This document shows, piece by piece, positions 29,886 to 39,138 of a DNA stretch of 64,000 nt; position 1 is the stretch's first letter; every line of letters begins with the position of its first letter. The DNA lies in contig JBOEGD010000002.1 in assembly GCA_050633245.1 (NCBI GenBank), positions 182,520-246,519 of the forward strand. Reading direction: 5' to 3'. Origin of the DNA: Calditrichia bacterium. GTDB lineage: Bacteria > Calditrichota > Calditrichia > RBG-13-44-9 > J075. Below the pieces are notes generated by a model. The model saw only the letters and a list, made by a program, of their open reading frames with translations. It did no database searches and was not told the DNA's origin. Made by a program: the position numbers and the translations under genes.

Positions 29886-31682
29886 ATGCGAAGCACAGCC
29901 CGCCCCAGGATCGCAGTTACCCTTTTGATATTTGCAGCCGGATGGCTTCTTTCCCGGGAAAGTGCCGATTCCCTGCAGAAAGTTCCTCTGGAACCTGCGC
30001 TAATCGCTCCCTATTCTTCGGTAATCACTGCCGCGAATGGCTCGATGTGGGTTCGCAATGACGGCAAGTCTGCCAATTCTCCAACGAATCGCTCTGGAAT
30101 AAGATTTCCGGCGGACGTTGCCGGAACGGTTTATCAGGACGGGATTGTTTGGGGCGGAAACGTTCTTGATGGACAATCACCAGATCTGCGGGTCGGCGGG
30201 CAAACGCATCGAATTGGAACGCAGCCGGGAAACATCGTGTCCTCAGGTGTCGCAGCTACGGGACCGGATTCGCTCTACCGTGTCTATCGCATTCGCCCAG
30301 ACTGGCAAAACCTTGACCCTCTAACACTGTTAATGGAAGCTGCAACCGTAAATGAGATTGATACTTCGCAGGTAACGGCTCAGCAGATTCAGGAAGTCTC
30401 ACAGCAATATCAGCAGGACTGGGATGAATGGCCGGTTAACCTCGGTGCACCCTTTGTTGACGTCAATCAGAATGGCAGTTGGGATCCGGGGATAGACGAG
30501 CCAGGCATTCCCAATGCGGATCAAACCATCTGGTTCGTCTGTAATGATCTCGATACCCTTCGCACAAAGTTTTTGTATGGTTCCCGACCTGTTGGTCTGG
30601 AAATGCAAACGACCGTTTGGTCATTCGATCGACCGGGGGTTATAGCAGATGCCGTTTTCAAGCGCTATCGATTGATTTACAAGGGGGCATTGCCCACAAC
30701 GCCTGCAACAGCACGCATAGAAAATATGTACTTAAGCCAATGGTCGGACGCTGATATTGGAAACTATATCGATGATGTCGTTGGTTGCGATACAACCCGC
30801 GATCTGGCCTTTGCCTATAATGGAACGCCCTCTGATACTGAATTTATGAACACGCCACCAGCATATGGCTATCAGCTACTTCAGGGACCCATCATGCCCA
30901 GCAGCGGGGATACTGCAGACTTCGACTTTCGTCGATTGTTGAATTTTCGCAATGTTCGTATGAGCTCTTTTGTTTACACCGCCCTCGGCAGTTCTATTCC
31001 ACAGCCAAATCTCGGTACGTACGACGGCACAATCCAATGGTATAAGCAACTACAGGGGCTGCAAGCAAATCTGAACGATACGCCCTATATCGCAGGGTCG
31101 GGGCCAAACAGCGGCCAAGCGACGGTTTTCCCGCTTAGCGGAGACCCGGAAACCGGGACTGGCGATGTCGATGCTCTGGGTAACAACCTTCCCTCGGGAG
31201 ATCGGATAATGGCCTTAAATGCAGGGCCATTTAACATGGCGCTAAATGATACGCAGGAAGTTATTATCGCAGCGCTGGGAAATCGTGGAGATGATTACCT
31301 TAAAAGCGTTACCGTACTGGATTCAACAGCTGACTTCTTAAAGACTGCATACGAATCCGGTTTCGATATTCTCACGGGCATTTCCAAACCATCGCAACGT
31401 TTAACAACTTTTAAGCTGAGCCAGAATTATCCGAATCCATTTAATCCTGAAACGACAATCAGCTATGAGCTTAAGCAGACATCACGCGTAACGCTAAACG
31501 TCTACAATTTACTGGGTCAAAAAGTAGCAGCGCTGGTTAAACAACAGCAAACCGCCGGACGTTATACCACCCGCTGGAATGGCAAAAACGCTGCGGGTGA
31601 ACAAGTTGCCAGCGGCCTGTACCTCTATCGTTTAAGCACCGAACTGGGAGCTGAAACGCGTAAAATGATGCTATTAAAATAA
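29886..31682 (+). CDS. Secreted protein of unknown function with FlgD-Ig/Por-type tail
   Basis: GGAGAG RBS, signal-like N-terminus, EF-hand-like DVNQNGSWD, LSQNYPNPFNPET...WNGKNAAGEQVASGLYLY tail. Confidence 0.85.
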   Translation: MRSTARPRIAVTLLIFAAGWLLSRESADSLQKVPLEPALIAPYSSVITAANGSMWVRNDGKSANSPTNRSGIRFPADVAGTVYQDGIVWGGNVLDGQSPDLRVGGQTHRIGTQPGNIVSSGVAATGPDSLYRVYRIRPDWQNLDPLTLLMEAATVNEIDTSQVTAQQIQEVSQQYQQDWDEWPVNLGAPFVDVNQNGSWDPGIDEPGIPNADQTIWFVCNDLDTLRTKFLYGSRPVGLEMQTTVWSFDRPGVIADAVFKRYRLIYKGALPTTPATARIENMYLSQWSDADIGNYIDDVVGCDTTRDLAFAYNGTPSDTEFMNTPPAYGYQLLQGPIMPSSGDTADFDFRRLLNFRNVRMSSFVYTALGSSIPQPNLGTYDGTIQWYKQLQGLQANLNDTPYIAGSGPNSGQATVFPLSGDPETGTGDVDALGNNLPSGDRIMALNAGPFNMALNDTQEVIIAALGNRGDDYLKSVTVLDSTADFLKTAYESGFDILTGISKPSQRLTTFKLSQNYPNPFNPETTISYELKQTSRVTLNVYNLLGQKVAALVKQQQTAGRYTTRWNGKNAAGEQVASGLYLYRLSTELGAETRKMMLLK

Positions 31683-31717
31683 TTTAACAAAGCACCGAAT
31701 ATTTTGTGACTTAGCAG

Positions 31718-31746
31718 TTGACAAAAGAGGAAGTAAGTATTACATT
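31718..31746 (+). promoter_or_regulatory. Sigma70 promoter of the tRNA pair
   Basis: TTGACA-17 bp-TACATT. Confidence 0.75.
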
Positions 31747-31764
31747 TAGCTCCGCTAGTTGAAT

Positions 31765-31837
<73 letters not shown>

Positions 31838-31855
31838 CAAAATTCCACAACGCAA

Positions 31856-31928
31856 GGCGCCGTACCCAAGTGGCTAAGGGGGAGGTCTGCAAAACCTCTA
31901 TTCGGCGGTTCGAATCCGCCCGGCGCCT
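31856..31928 (+). tRNA. tRNA-Cys(GCA)
   Basis: GGCGCCG/CGGCGCC acceptor with U73, GAGGT-CT-GCA-AA-ACCTC anticodon arm, GTTCGAATC T-loop. Confidence 0.97.
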
Positions 31929-32029
31929 CTCATTCCGGACTAAACTTCCCCCACAAAAAAACATCTTTTGAACAACTCACACGATTCGTATGTTTAGCGC
32001 ATTCGCGTACTACAGTACACTAAGGCATT

Positions 32030-32671
32030 ATGGAGAATCTCGTGTCACAGAAAGACAATCGAATGCAGGTAAAAGTTGTGGCCATCTGCGGCAGCCTGCG
32101 AAAAGACAGCTACACCAGACGCATTCTTGAAATTGCTTTAAACAGCGCCAGAGAAAATGGGGCCTACACTGAATTAATAGACCTGCGATCCTACGACCTG
32201 GTTTTTTTCGATGAGGATGGAAAAGACGATTATCCCGCAGATGTAGAGCGTTTACGCACAACGGTGAGAAGTGCTCATGGCATTTTACTCGGCACGCCCG
32301 AATATCATGGCGGCATAAGCGGTGTTTTAAAGAATGCTATTGATCTGATGGGATTTACGGAATTTGAAGGCAAAATGCTGGGACTTCTCGGCGTTTCCGG
32401 TGGGCAACTGGGTGCACTTAATGCCCTAAATAGTCTCCGCACCATTGGCCGGAATTTACACGCCTGGGTACTGCCTCAGCAAATTTCCATGCCGGAGGCG
32501 TGGAAGGCGTTTGATGAAGAAGGAAACATAAAAAGTCCTGCACTAAAAAAGCGTGTCGAAGAGATGGGAATGCTCATTACACAGTTTGCAACCCTACATG
32601 AACTGCAGAACCACAAAGAATTTGTGGAAATGTGGCAGCGTCTTGCAATAAACCCCGGCGGTACCAAATAA
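32030..32671 (+). CDS. NADPH-dependent FMN reductase
   Basis: GSLRKDS, TPEYHGGISGVLKNAID, SGG motif. Confidence 0.92.
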   Translation: MENLVSQKDNRMQVKVVAICGSLRKDSYTRRILEIALNSARENGAYTELIDLRSYDLVFFDEDGKDDYPADVERLRTTVRSAHGILLGTPEYHGGISGVLKNAIDLMGFTEFEGKMLGLLGVSGGQLGALNALNSLRTIGRNLHAWVLPQQISMPEAWKAFDEEGNIKSPALKKRVEEMGMLITQFATLHELQNHKEFVEMWQRLAINPGGTK

Positions 32672-33399
32672 TGGTAGAAAATATGGATACAAATTCTGTT
32701 CAACTTTCAGGAAAATCTGCGATTGTAACCGGCGGCGGTAGTGGAATTGGTAAAGCCATTACCCGAATGCTGGTTGAAGAAGGCGTTAACGTTCTTATCG
32801 CATCTCGAAGGGCAGAGCTTCTACAACAGGTTAGTGAAGAATTCAATAAGATTGGTAATGCTCGCGTTCTTCATGTGCAGGGAGACTTGCGAAACAAAGC
32901 CGATATTTATCATATTTCTGAAGTTGCTCGCGATAACTTTGCCTCGATAGACTTTCTGGTTAATAACTCAGGTCTTGGTGTACAATCCAAGATAGTAGAC
33001 TGTACCGAAGAGGAATGGGATGCCGTACTTGATACCAATCTAAAAGGCACGTTTTTAATGTCTAAAGCCGTGCTGCCTACAATGATTGCTCAACGTTCCG
33101 GGTTTATCCTCAACATTGCATCTCAGGCAGCAAAATATGGTTATCCCAATGCCGGGCCGTACTGTGCCAGTAAATTTGGTGTTCTGGGATTTGGCGAAGC
33201 GTTGCAGCAAGAGGTTCGTGAATATAGTATTCGAGTGCACACGTTAATGCCCGGCTTGGTTCAGGTACCGCCCCCACAACACAGCGAGAATCGCAATGGC
33301 GGCGTGCTTCAGGTAGAAGATCTTGCGGAAACAACGCGATTTCTTTTCAAGTTGCCTCCACATGTCAAACTTGAAAATATCGGTATGTTTCACCTATAG
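32671..33399 (+). CDS. Classical SDR oxidoreductase
   Basis: TGGGSGIG, VNNSG, YCASK; ATG overlaps the upstream TAA. Confidence 0.92.
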   Translation: MVENMDTNSVQLSGKSAIVTGGGSGIGKAITRMLVEEGVNVLIASRRAELLQQVSEEFNKIGNARVLHVQGDLRNKADIYHISEVARDNFASIDFLVNNSGLGVQSKIVDCTEEEWDAVLDTNLKGTFLMSKAVLPTMIAQRSGFILNIASQAAKYGYPNAGPYCASKFGVLGFGEALQQEVREYSIRVHTLMPGLVQVPPPQHSENRNGGVLQVEDLAETTRFLFKLPPHVKLENIGMFHL

Positions 33400-33409
33400 T
33401 ATACCGTGT

Positions 33410-33982
33410 TTACTTATACCACTCTGCTTCGCAGGTTGGACACATTGTATGGGTGATCTGCGCATTCGTATGGCTCTGGATATAAACCTCCAGCTGCTCC
33501 CAGAAGCCCTTTTCATCGCGAATTTTCTTACAACATGAGCACATCGGAATCAAGCCGGAGATCGTCTTTATTTTCTCCTCGACCTTCTGTATCTTCTCAT
33601 TGAGTTGCTGCTCCGTTTGCTGCACTTGCTGTATTTCATTGACTTTTTTGAGCAGAATTATTGCTTCCCACTCACCACAGCGTAAAACACTGGCCTCAGT
33701 CCTACACTGTGTATCTGCAACGTGAATGGTGCCATGTACAGTGTGGACATTTCCATAAGAGAATGCCGCAGACATGGCCTTCATTAATTTTTGCGAAAAT
33801 TCCTGAGAAAAAACATCCCATAGGTAGGTATTAGCAGCATCGGCCGGTAAAAGACTAGCGTCTTCTGAAACAGGTTTCGTCAGCTGTATAACACCATTGC
33901 GATCTACCTGTAAAAAATCGCTATCAAGTACTTCAAGAAGTGCAAGAATTACACTGTCTTCTATATAGGCTGTTTTTGCCAC
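33410..33982 (-). CDS. PAS-like protein with C-terminal CxxC...H..CPxC motif
   Basis: IPMCSCCKKIRDEKGFWEQLEVYIQSH...THTMCPTC. Confidence 0.8.
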   Translation of the reverse strand: MAKTAYIEDSVILALLEVLDSDFLQVDRNGVIQLTKPVSEDASLLPADAANTYLWDVFSQEFSQKLMKAMSAAFSYGNVHTVHGTIHVADTQCRTEASVLRCGEWEAIILLKKVNEIQQVQQTEQQLNEKIQKVEEKIKTISGLIPMCSCCKKIRDEKGFWEQLEVYIQSHTNAQITHTMCPTCEAEWYK

Positions 33983-34013
33983 ATTGCCCTCCCTGGCATA
34001 TTAATAGTCCGAG

Positions 34014-35174
34014 CTATACAGCTATAGATTTATCCACTATTTTGGCAGCAGGAAAGAAAATATCAAAACACGCCCCCTGCCCTTTTGTACTCTCGACCTT
34101 TATTTCTCCGAACATACTGCTAACGATTTCCTTAACAAGCCCAAGCCCAATTCCCAGACCACCGCCAAGAAAATCGTGCTTTGATGTTTTATGATGGGCA
34201 GTATTTCCGCTTTCATAAAAATCAGCGAAGATTATTTCCTGTTCTTCCGCCGGAATTCCAATCCCGGTATCTACGATGCTCAATACAATAGTATCATCTA
34301 CGCGTTTTGAGCGAACAAAGATGCTGCCTCCATCAGGTGTAAACTTCAGTGCATTCTGTAGAAGCTCCCGAATAATTATTCGCAATCCCCTGAGGGAACC
34401 GTTGATAAGCAGCAATTCCTCAGTCACGTCGATTTCAAGAGAAAGCGATCGATGTGAAAACAAGCGTTCCATATCTCCGGCAATTTCTCGAATATGGATG
34501 GCACAGTCTACCGTCTCGCCGTTATTATACCACTCTTGCTTGCGCAAACGTGACAGCAAATGCATACGCTCGACCGACTCCTCCATTTCAAATACTGTTT
34601 TGCGCAAGACGTTAGAGATCTCATTCCTTTCTTCTAAATCGGCGTCCGGCATAAGCTCCAGGATTTCAAGATATCCTTTCAAAACCATAATCGGCGTCCG
34701 CATTTCATGGTTCGTTATAGAAAGAAACTTATCTTTCAGCAGATTCAACTCCTGCAGACGATTGTTTTCCTGCCGAAGCTCTGCGTTCTCGAGGCGAGTG
34801 GACAAATGTGAAAAACATTTCTCCACGATAAGAAAAACATTTTGAAAGTTAACGGGCTTGAGAATAAAATCACTGGCCCCTACCTTCATCGCCTCAATCG
34901 CTGATTCAATCGTAGCATAACCGGTAATTACAATAACTTCTGTATCAGGCCAGTCTGCTTTTACCGCTCTTAGCAGAGACATTCCATCCAACTTTGGCAT
35001 TTTTAAATCCGTAATAATAATATGATACCCGTTAAGCTGGCAAAGGCCCAATGCCTCCTCGCCATCAGTGGCAATGTCTGTTTGGTATCCTTTTTTTCTG
35101 AGCGAATGCTGAAACAGCTTGCAGATGAGCTTCTCATCGTCAACAATCAGAATTCGTATGTCTTCGCGCTTCAT
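34014..35174 (-). CDS. Hybrid sensor kinase (REC-HisKA-HATPase)
   Basis: IVDDE...TDLKMP...KP; NHEMRTP; NALKFT, DTGIGI, GLGIGL. Confidence 0.93.
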   Translation of the reverse strand: MKREDIRILIVDDEKLICKLFQHSLRKKGYQTDIATDGEEALGLCQLNGYHIIITDLKMPKLDGMSLLRAVKADWPDTEVIVITGYATIESAIEAMKVGASDFILKPVNFQNVFLIVEKCFSHLSTRLENAELRQENNRLQELNLLKDKFLSITNHEMRTPIMVLKGYLEILELMPDADLEERNEISNVLRKTVFEMEESVERMHLLSRLRKQEWYNNGETVDCAIHIREIAGDMERLFSHRSLSLEIDVTEELLLINGSLRGLRIIIRELLQNALKFTPDGGSIFVRSKRVDDTIVLSIVDTGIGIPAEEQEIIFADFYESGNTAHHKTSKHDFLGGGLGIGLGLVKEIVSSMFGEIKVESTKGQGACFDIFFPAAKIVDKSIAV

Positions 35175-35290
35175 ATATCTCCTGGATCGATCGGTCGATA
35201 CGTCTTCTTATCAACAATCTAATTGTAAAAACGGAAGGAGAACTCACAACGCCTAAATTCTGTAGTTCGGCCTTTCCGGCAATACACGTT

Positions 35291-35512
35291 CTAATGATTA
35301 ATTAGTTGCCTCACAGTCTCCATCTCCTTCTTCATTTTAGAGAAGTAGCGTTTATTTGCCGCCTCTTCTAAAACCAGAGATTCTTCTAATAAATACATTG
35401 TCGTACTAATTACATTCAACCTGCTTCGAATTGAACTCAGCAGCTTTTGCATCTTCGCCTTTTCTTTTTGCGTTCCGCCTTTTACTTCTTCTTCCTGCTT
35501 TTCAATGCTCAT
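35291..35512 (-). CDS. Small protein resembling a His-less HisKA/DHp helical hairpin
   Basis: AGGAG RBS; LLSSIRSRLNVISTTMYLL...YFSKMKKEMETVRQLIN. Confidence 0.65.
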   Translation of the reverse strand: MSIEKQEEEVKGGTQKEKAKMQKLLSSIRSRLNVISTTMYLLEESLVLEEAANKRYFSKMKKEMETVRQLINH

Positions 35513-35602
35513 TGCTGCTCCTGTGTTATTAACGACATCCGTATCGCACAGTCAGGAGGAGAATTCGTCCCTGAATTCCCGTTCATACTGTATTCCATAC
35601 AA

Positions 35603-35618
35603 AGCAATTTTAATGCCG
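35603..35618 (-). promoter_or_regulatory. Putative sigma54 (-24/-12) promoter
   Basis: CGGCATTAAAATTGCT matches the GG-N10-GC spacing of TGGCAC-N5-TTGCW. Confidence 0.55.
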
Positions 35619-35737
35619 AAATTCACATTAGATAATTATCGAAAATGCTCCGATTTAATACAGAAAATGAGATGTTTAGTGAATACGCAGAGTGGAAAAT
35701 TACACCTGATGTCGAGAATTAAGGCATTGGAAGGGAG

Positions 35738-36565
35738 TTATTTTTCGCGGCAAGCCGGATATAAAAGGACGCGGCTGGGAGCGGCATCCTCAACAAAATT
35801 GGGTACCTGAATACTGGAAAAATAGTGGCCGTCGGCAAGAGAATCCGGTGCGTATACCATCTCGGTAATTGTTCTATCCGAGCGTACATCTTCAGTCAAC
35901 GCTTGTTGATTTTCTGCGACATTCCAGAAGGTATGGTGGCCACTTAAACGGCCTTCGTCATACAGTCTGTCTACTGAAGGTAAGTCGACAATCAGATGCT
36001 TTACCGGCAGCTTCGAAATAAACTGCATCGCCTCATATGAAAAAAAGGCCGGGGCCTCTTTCAAATAATCTCGTTCTCTTTTACTCTCATCATTTGGAAG
36101 GCTTCGGACAATCAGTCCGCCCAGCCAGTCCAGATCATTTCCCAGCGCATCGAGTGCATTTTTTATGTCCGAACGGGTAATCAGCAGATCTTGCAGCTGC
36201 TTGTCGGGTGTGTAACTATCGTTAACCTCACCTGCTAAAGTTGGCGAAACGCTGATAAGCGTTGTGGGAACAAGCAATTCATTAAGTGAACCAATAGAAG
36301 CAGCTTCATATAGAATGTGACCGACAGTTTCGGTATGTGTGCCATTGCAATGGGGAATAAATGAATAGGTGCGCACATTACAGCCGCCGCCTTTTCTGGT
36401 ATCACCAATAAAAGAGCCGTCTTGAAAAACGGATGCGGTTGCCGGCGGAACGCCGAAATGGGCGGGTTGCGAACCATTAAATATTAGAGGAATTGAGATA
36501 TCCGTTCCTGCAGACGTATCGATAAGAAAACGGTTCGCACCTATGATGCATGAAAGTATTGTCAT
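35738..36565 (-). CDS. kynB: Cyclase-family kynurenine formamidase
   Basis: HCNGTHTETVGH, VDLPSVDR, GHH, DAAPSR; start overlaps the ACMSD stop; kynurenine cluster context. Confidence 0.8.
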   Translation of the reverse strand: MTILSCIIGANRFLIDTSAGTDISIPLIFNGSQPAHFGVPPATASVFQDGSFIGDTRKGGGCNVRTYSFIPHCNGTHTETVGHILYEAASIGSLNELLVPTTLISVSPTLAGEVNDSYTPDKQLQDLLITRSDIKNALDALGNDLDWLGGLIVRSLPNDESKRERDYLKEAPAFFSYEAMQFISKLPVKHLIVDLPSVDRLYDEGRLSGHHTFWNVAENQQALTEDVRSDRTITEMVYAPDSLADGHYFSSIQVPNFVEDAAPSRVLLYPACREK

Positions 36566-37578
36566 CACAGAAATTGTCCGGATTCGATTTGCAACCATTC
36601 CAGAGCACTACGCGCAAATAACCATTCGCGGGTATCGGCACTAAGCCCGGGCATCGTTTCAATAAGTTTACCGGGAGACAGCTCCCCGAGGGGGAAAGGA
36701 TAATCCGTGCCAAGAGCTATTTTTTCGTGACCAAAAAGCTCGATAAGATACGAGAGGGCATTTGGATCATGAACCAGAGAATCGACATAAAACTTCCCCA
36801 AGTACTCTCGGGGATTCACGTTATTATCAATTGCACACAGGTCAGGACGTACGTTGAATCCGTGCTCGACCCTGCCAATTGTTCCGGGAAAAGAGCCGCC
36901 ACCATGTGCAAAGGCAACTCTAAGATTAGGAAGTTTTTCAAAGACTCCTCCAAAAATCATTGAGCATATTGCCAACGAGGTTTCTGCCGGCATGCCAACC
37001 AACCAGGGCAGCCAATACTTTGGCATTCTATCCTTGCCCATCATATCCCATGGATGAACAAAAACAGCAGCCCCCAGTTCAGCGGCTGCCTCAAAAATAG
37101 GAAACAAGTTCGGATCATCAAGATTCCAATCATTCACGTGAGTGCCAATTTCAATGCCCGCCAGCCCAAGTTCCTTAACACAACGCTCCATCTCTTTTAT
37201 GGCAAGATCAGGAGACTGCATCGGTAAAGTAGCCAGCCCGATAAAGCGCGTGGGATGGCGGCTTATGATTCCTGCAATGTGGTCATTCAAAAAAGTAGCC
37301 AGTTGAAGCGTATCCTTCGGCTCCGCCCAGTAGCTAAACATAACGGGAATGGTCGACAGAACCTGAACGTGAACATTATGTTCTTCGCATTCCTTCATTC
37401 GCACAGCAGGATCCCAGCAGTTCGATTCGATCTCGCGAAAGAACGTATCATCCATCATCATTCGAGCACAGCAAGGTTTATGATGATCGAGATGAATAAA
37501 ACCACCGTATCCGAATATCTTACGAAAGTTGGGAATGTTTTCCGGAATAATGTGTGTGTGAATGTCAATCTTCAGCAT
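36565..37578 (-). CDS. nbaD: 2-amino-3-carboxymuconate-6-semialdehyde decarboxylase (ACMSD)
   Basis: IDIHTHI, VFVHPWDM, WLPWLVGMPAET, AHGGGSFP, GTDYPFPLGE. Confidence 0.95.
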   Translation of the reverse strand: MLKIDIHTHIIPENIPNFRKIFGYGGFIHLDHHKPCCARMMMDDTFFREIESNCWDPAVRMKECEEHNVHVQVLSTIPVMFSYWAEPKDTLQLATFLNDHIAGIISRHPTRFIGLATLPMQSPDLAIKEMERCVKELGLAGIEIGTHVNDWNLDDPNLFPIFEAAAELGAAVFVHPWDMMGKDRMPKYWLPWLVGMPAETSLAICSMIFGGVFEKLPNLRVAFAHGGGSFPGTIGRVEHGFNVRPDLCAIDNNVNPREYLGKFYVDSLVHDPNALSYLIELFGHEKIALGTDYPFPLGELSPGKLIETMPGLSADTREWLFARSALEWLQIESGQFL

Positions 37579-37592
37579 AGTTAATCAGCCTC

Positions 37593-38123
37593 TCAGGACG
37601 CTACTTTTGCCGGTGGCTGCATAACTTCGCCGCATTTGGCACAAGTCCGCTTTTCCTCTGTTGTATAAAAACGTTCCATGATAGGCGGTAGCTGAGTAAC
37701 AATATTTGTCAATTCAAAATGTTCTTCATATAGCTTATTACCACAATTTTCGCAGAACCACTGAAAACCGTCCTGTTCTCCGCTCGAACGCTTGCGCTCT
37801 ATAACCAAGCCAACTGTATTAGCTGGTCTTTGTGGTGAATGCGGTATGCGTGGGGGAAGTAGATAGATATCACCTTCGCGAATTTCAATATCAACCTCTT
37901 TATCGCCATCCATAATTTTGAGGGTAATATCGCCTTCTATCTGGTAAAAGAACTCTTCACCTTCATTGAAGTGGAAGTCCTTACGGGAATTCGGCCCGCC
38001 GACCACCATAACAATAAAGTCTTCTGCTTCAGTCCAAACCATCTTATTGCCAACCGGTGGCTTTAACAGATGACGATGTTCATCAATCCATTTGCGAAAA
38101 TTGAATGCCTGAAATTTACTCAT
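37593..38123 (-). CDS. nbaC: 3-hydroxyanthranilate 3,4-dioxygenase
   Basis: LLKPPVGNK, VGGPNSRKDFH...EEFFYQ, PHSPQR, CENC...CAKC rubredoxin-like site. Confidence 0.96.
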   Translation of the reverse strand: MSKFQAFNFRKWIDEHRHLLKPPVGNKMVWTEAEDFIVMVVGGPNSRKDFHFNEGEEFFYQIEGDITLKIMDGDKEVDIEIREGDIYLLPPRIPHSPQRPANTVGLVIERKRSSGEQDGFQWFCENCGNKLYEEHFELTNIVTQLPPIMERFYTTEEKRTCAKCGEVMQPPAKVAS

Positions 38124-38191
38124 TCTTTCCTCCGGAGCTATAGGTGTGTTGATCCTGAAATAGATGTTATAACATCAAAATTTTTACTCTT

Positions 38192-38887
38192 TTATTCAAG
38201 CGATTTAAATAAACGCCAGAGCCGTTCAAATTCGGCTTTGAACCGTTGCAGGAGTTGAATATCGTTGGTCACAGAAATATTTTCATAGTTCCCCCTGGAT
38301 GCACTTCGCGTCCAGTTGAAGCTGCCATTGATGAGAATAGCCCCATCGACGATTGCAAATTTATGATGCATGTGATCTTCAGCTCGATCATACACAACAT
38401 CAATACCATTTCTTGCCAGCTGCTCGGTATCCGAGCCGGCGTCGAAGCGCTTTAGGTTATCGGATATCAGTCTAACCTTACATCCTTTCGCAGCTACTGC
38501 TTTTACCGCTCGCGTCAGTCTGTCATCGGTGAGGGTAAACACGCAAATATCCAGCGTTTTTTTTGCGCTGGCCAGCTGAATTCGAATTTCTTCCAAACAG
38601 TCTTCTCCGGGCGAGAAAAAGGCTTTCGAAATCGGGCGAACATTTGGAGTGCGGGCACCATCAAGAAGTTTTATAACTTCACCAAGCCACTTTAAAACCT
38701 TGTGTTCCTTGCTTCCCGGTAGTTCTTCCCGAACAATCTCAAGCGCTCGATTGCGTAGGAAGGCTAGTTTCTCCGTATCAAAATGAAGGTCTTGAAGGAT
38801 GTCTCGCAGTTCATACCGTTCGGATTGTGATAACTCGAGATCATCAAAAGTTGTAAGCAAAGCCTGCTTCAGGTCCTGTTGATCCAC
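38192..38887 (-). CDS. Phospholipase D-superfamily (single HKD, Nuc-like) protein
   Basis: AFFSPG, HMHHKFAIVD...GSFNWT...NYEN. Confidence 0.9.
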   Translation of the reverse strand: MDQQDLKQALLTTFDDLELSQSERYELRDILQDLHFDTEKLAFLRNRALEIVREELPGSKEHKVLKWLGEVIKLLDGARTPNVRPISKAFFSPGEDCLEEIRIQLASAKKTLDICVFTLTDDRLTRAVKAVAAKGCKVRLISDNLKRFDAGSDTEQLARNGIDVVYDRAEDHMHHKFAIVDGAILINGSFNWTRSASRGNYENISVTNDIQLLQRFKAEFERLWRLFKSLE

Positions 38888-39138
38888 GTAGACTTATCCT
38901 GGTATAGCATTATGTTGAGGAAGATTTTTTAGAAATTACTGATACAATAAACTAAAGATATGCAGGCAGATCAAGGGCTATTGCCGCAGGTTAAGAAAAG
39001 CATTACCTATAGGGCAGCATTAACAGCCATGAGTATTGTAAAGAAAAAGTCGTTTCTTCTTGAAACGCAGCAACAATCAAGGCTGCGTAATACCTTCGCT
39101 TGCCTAAGGCTCGACGAAGGCTACTTAGTTGGTTCTAA

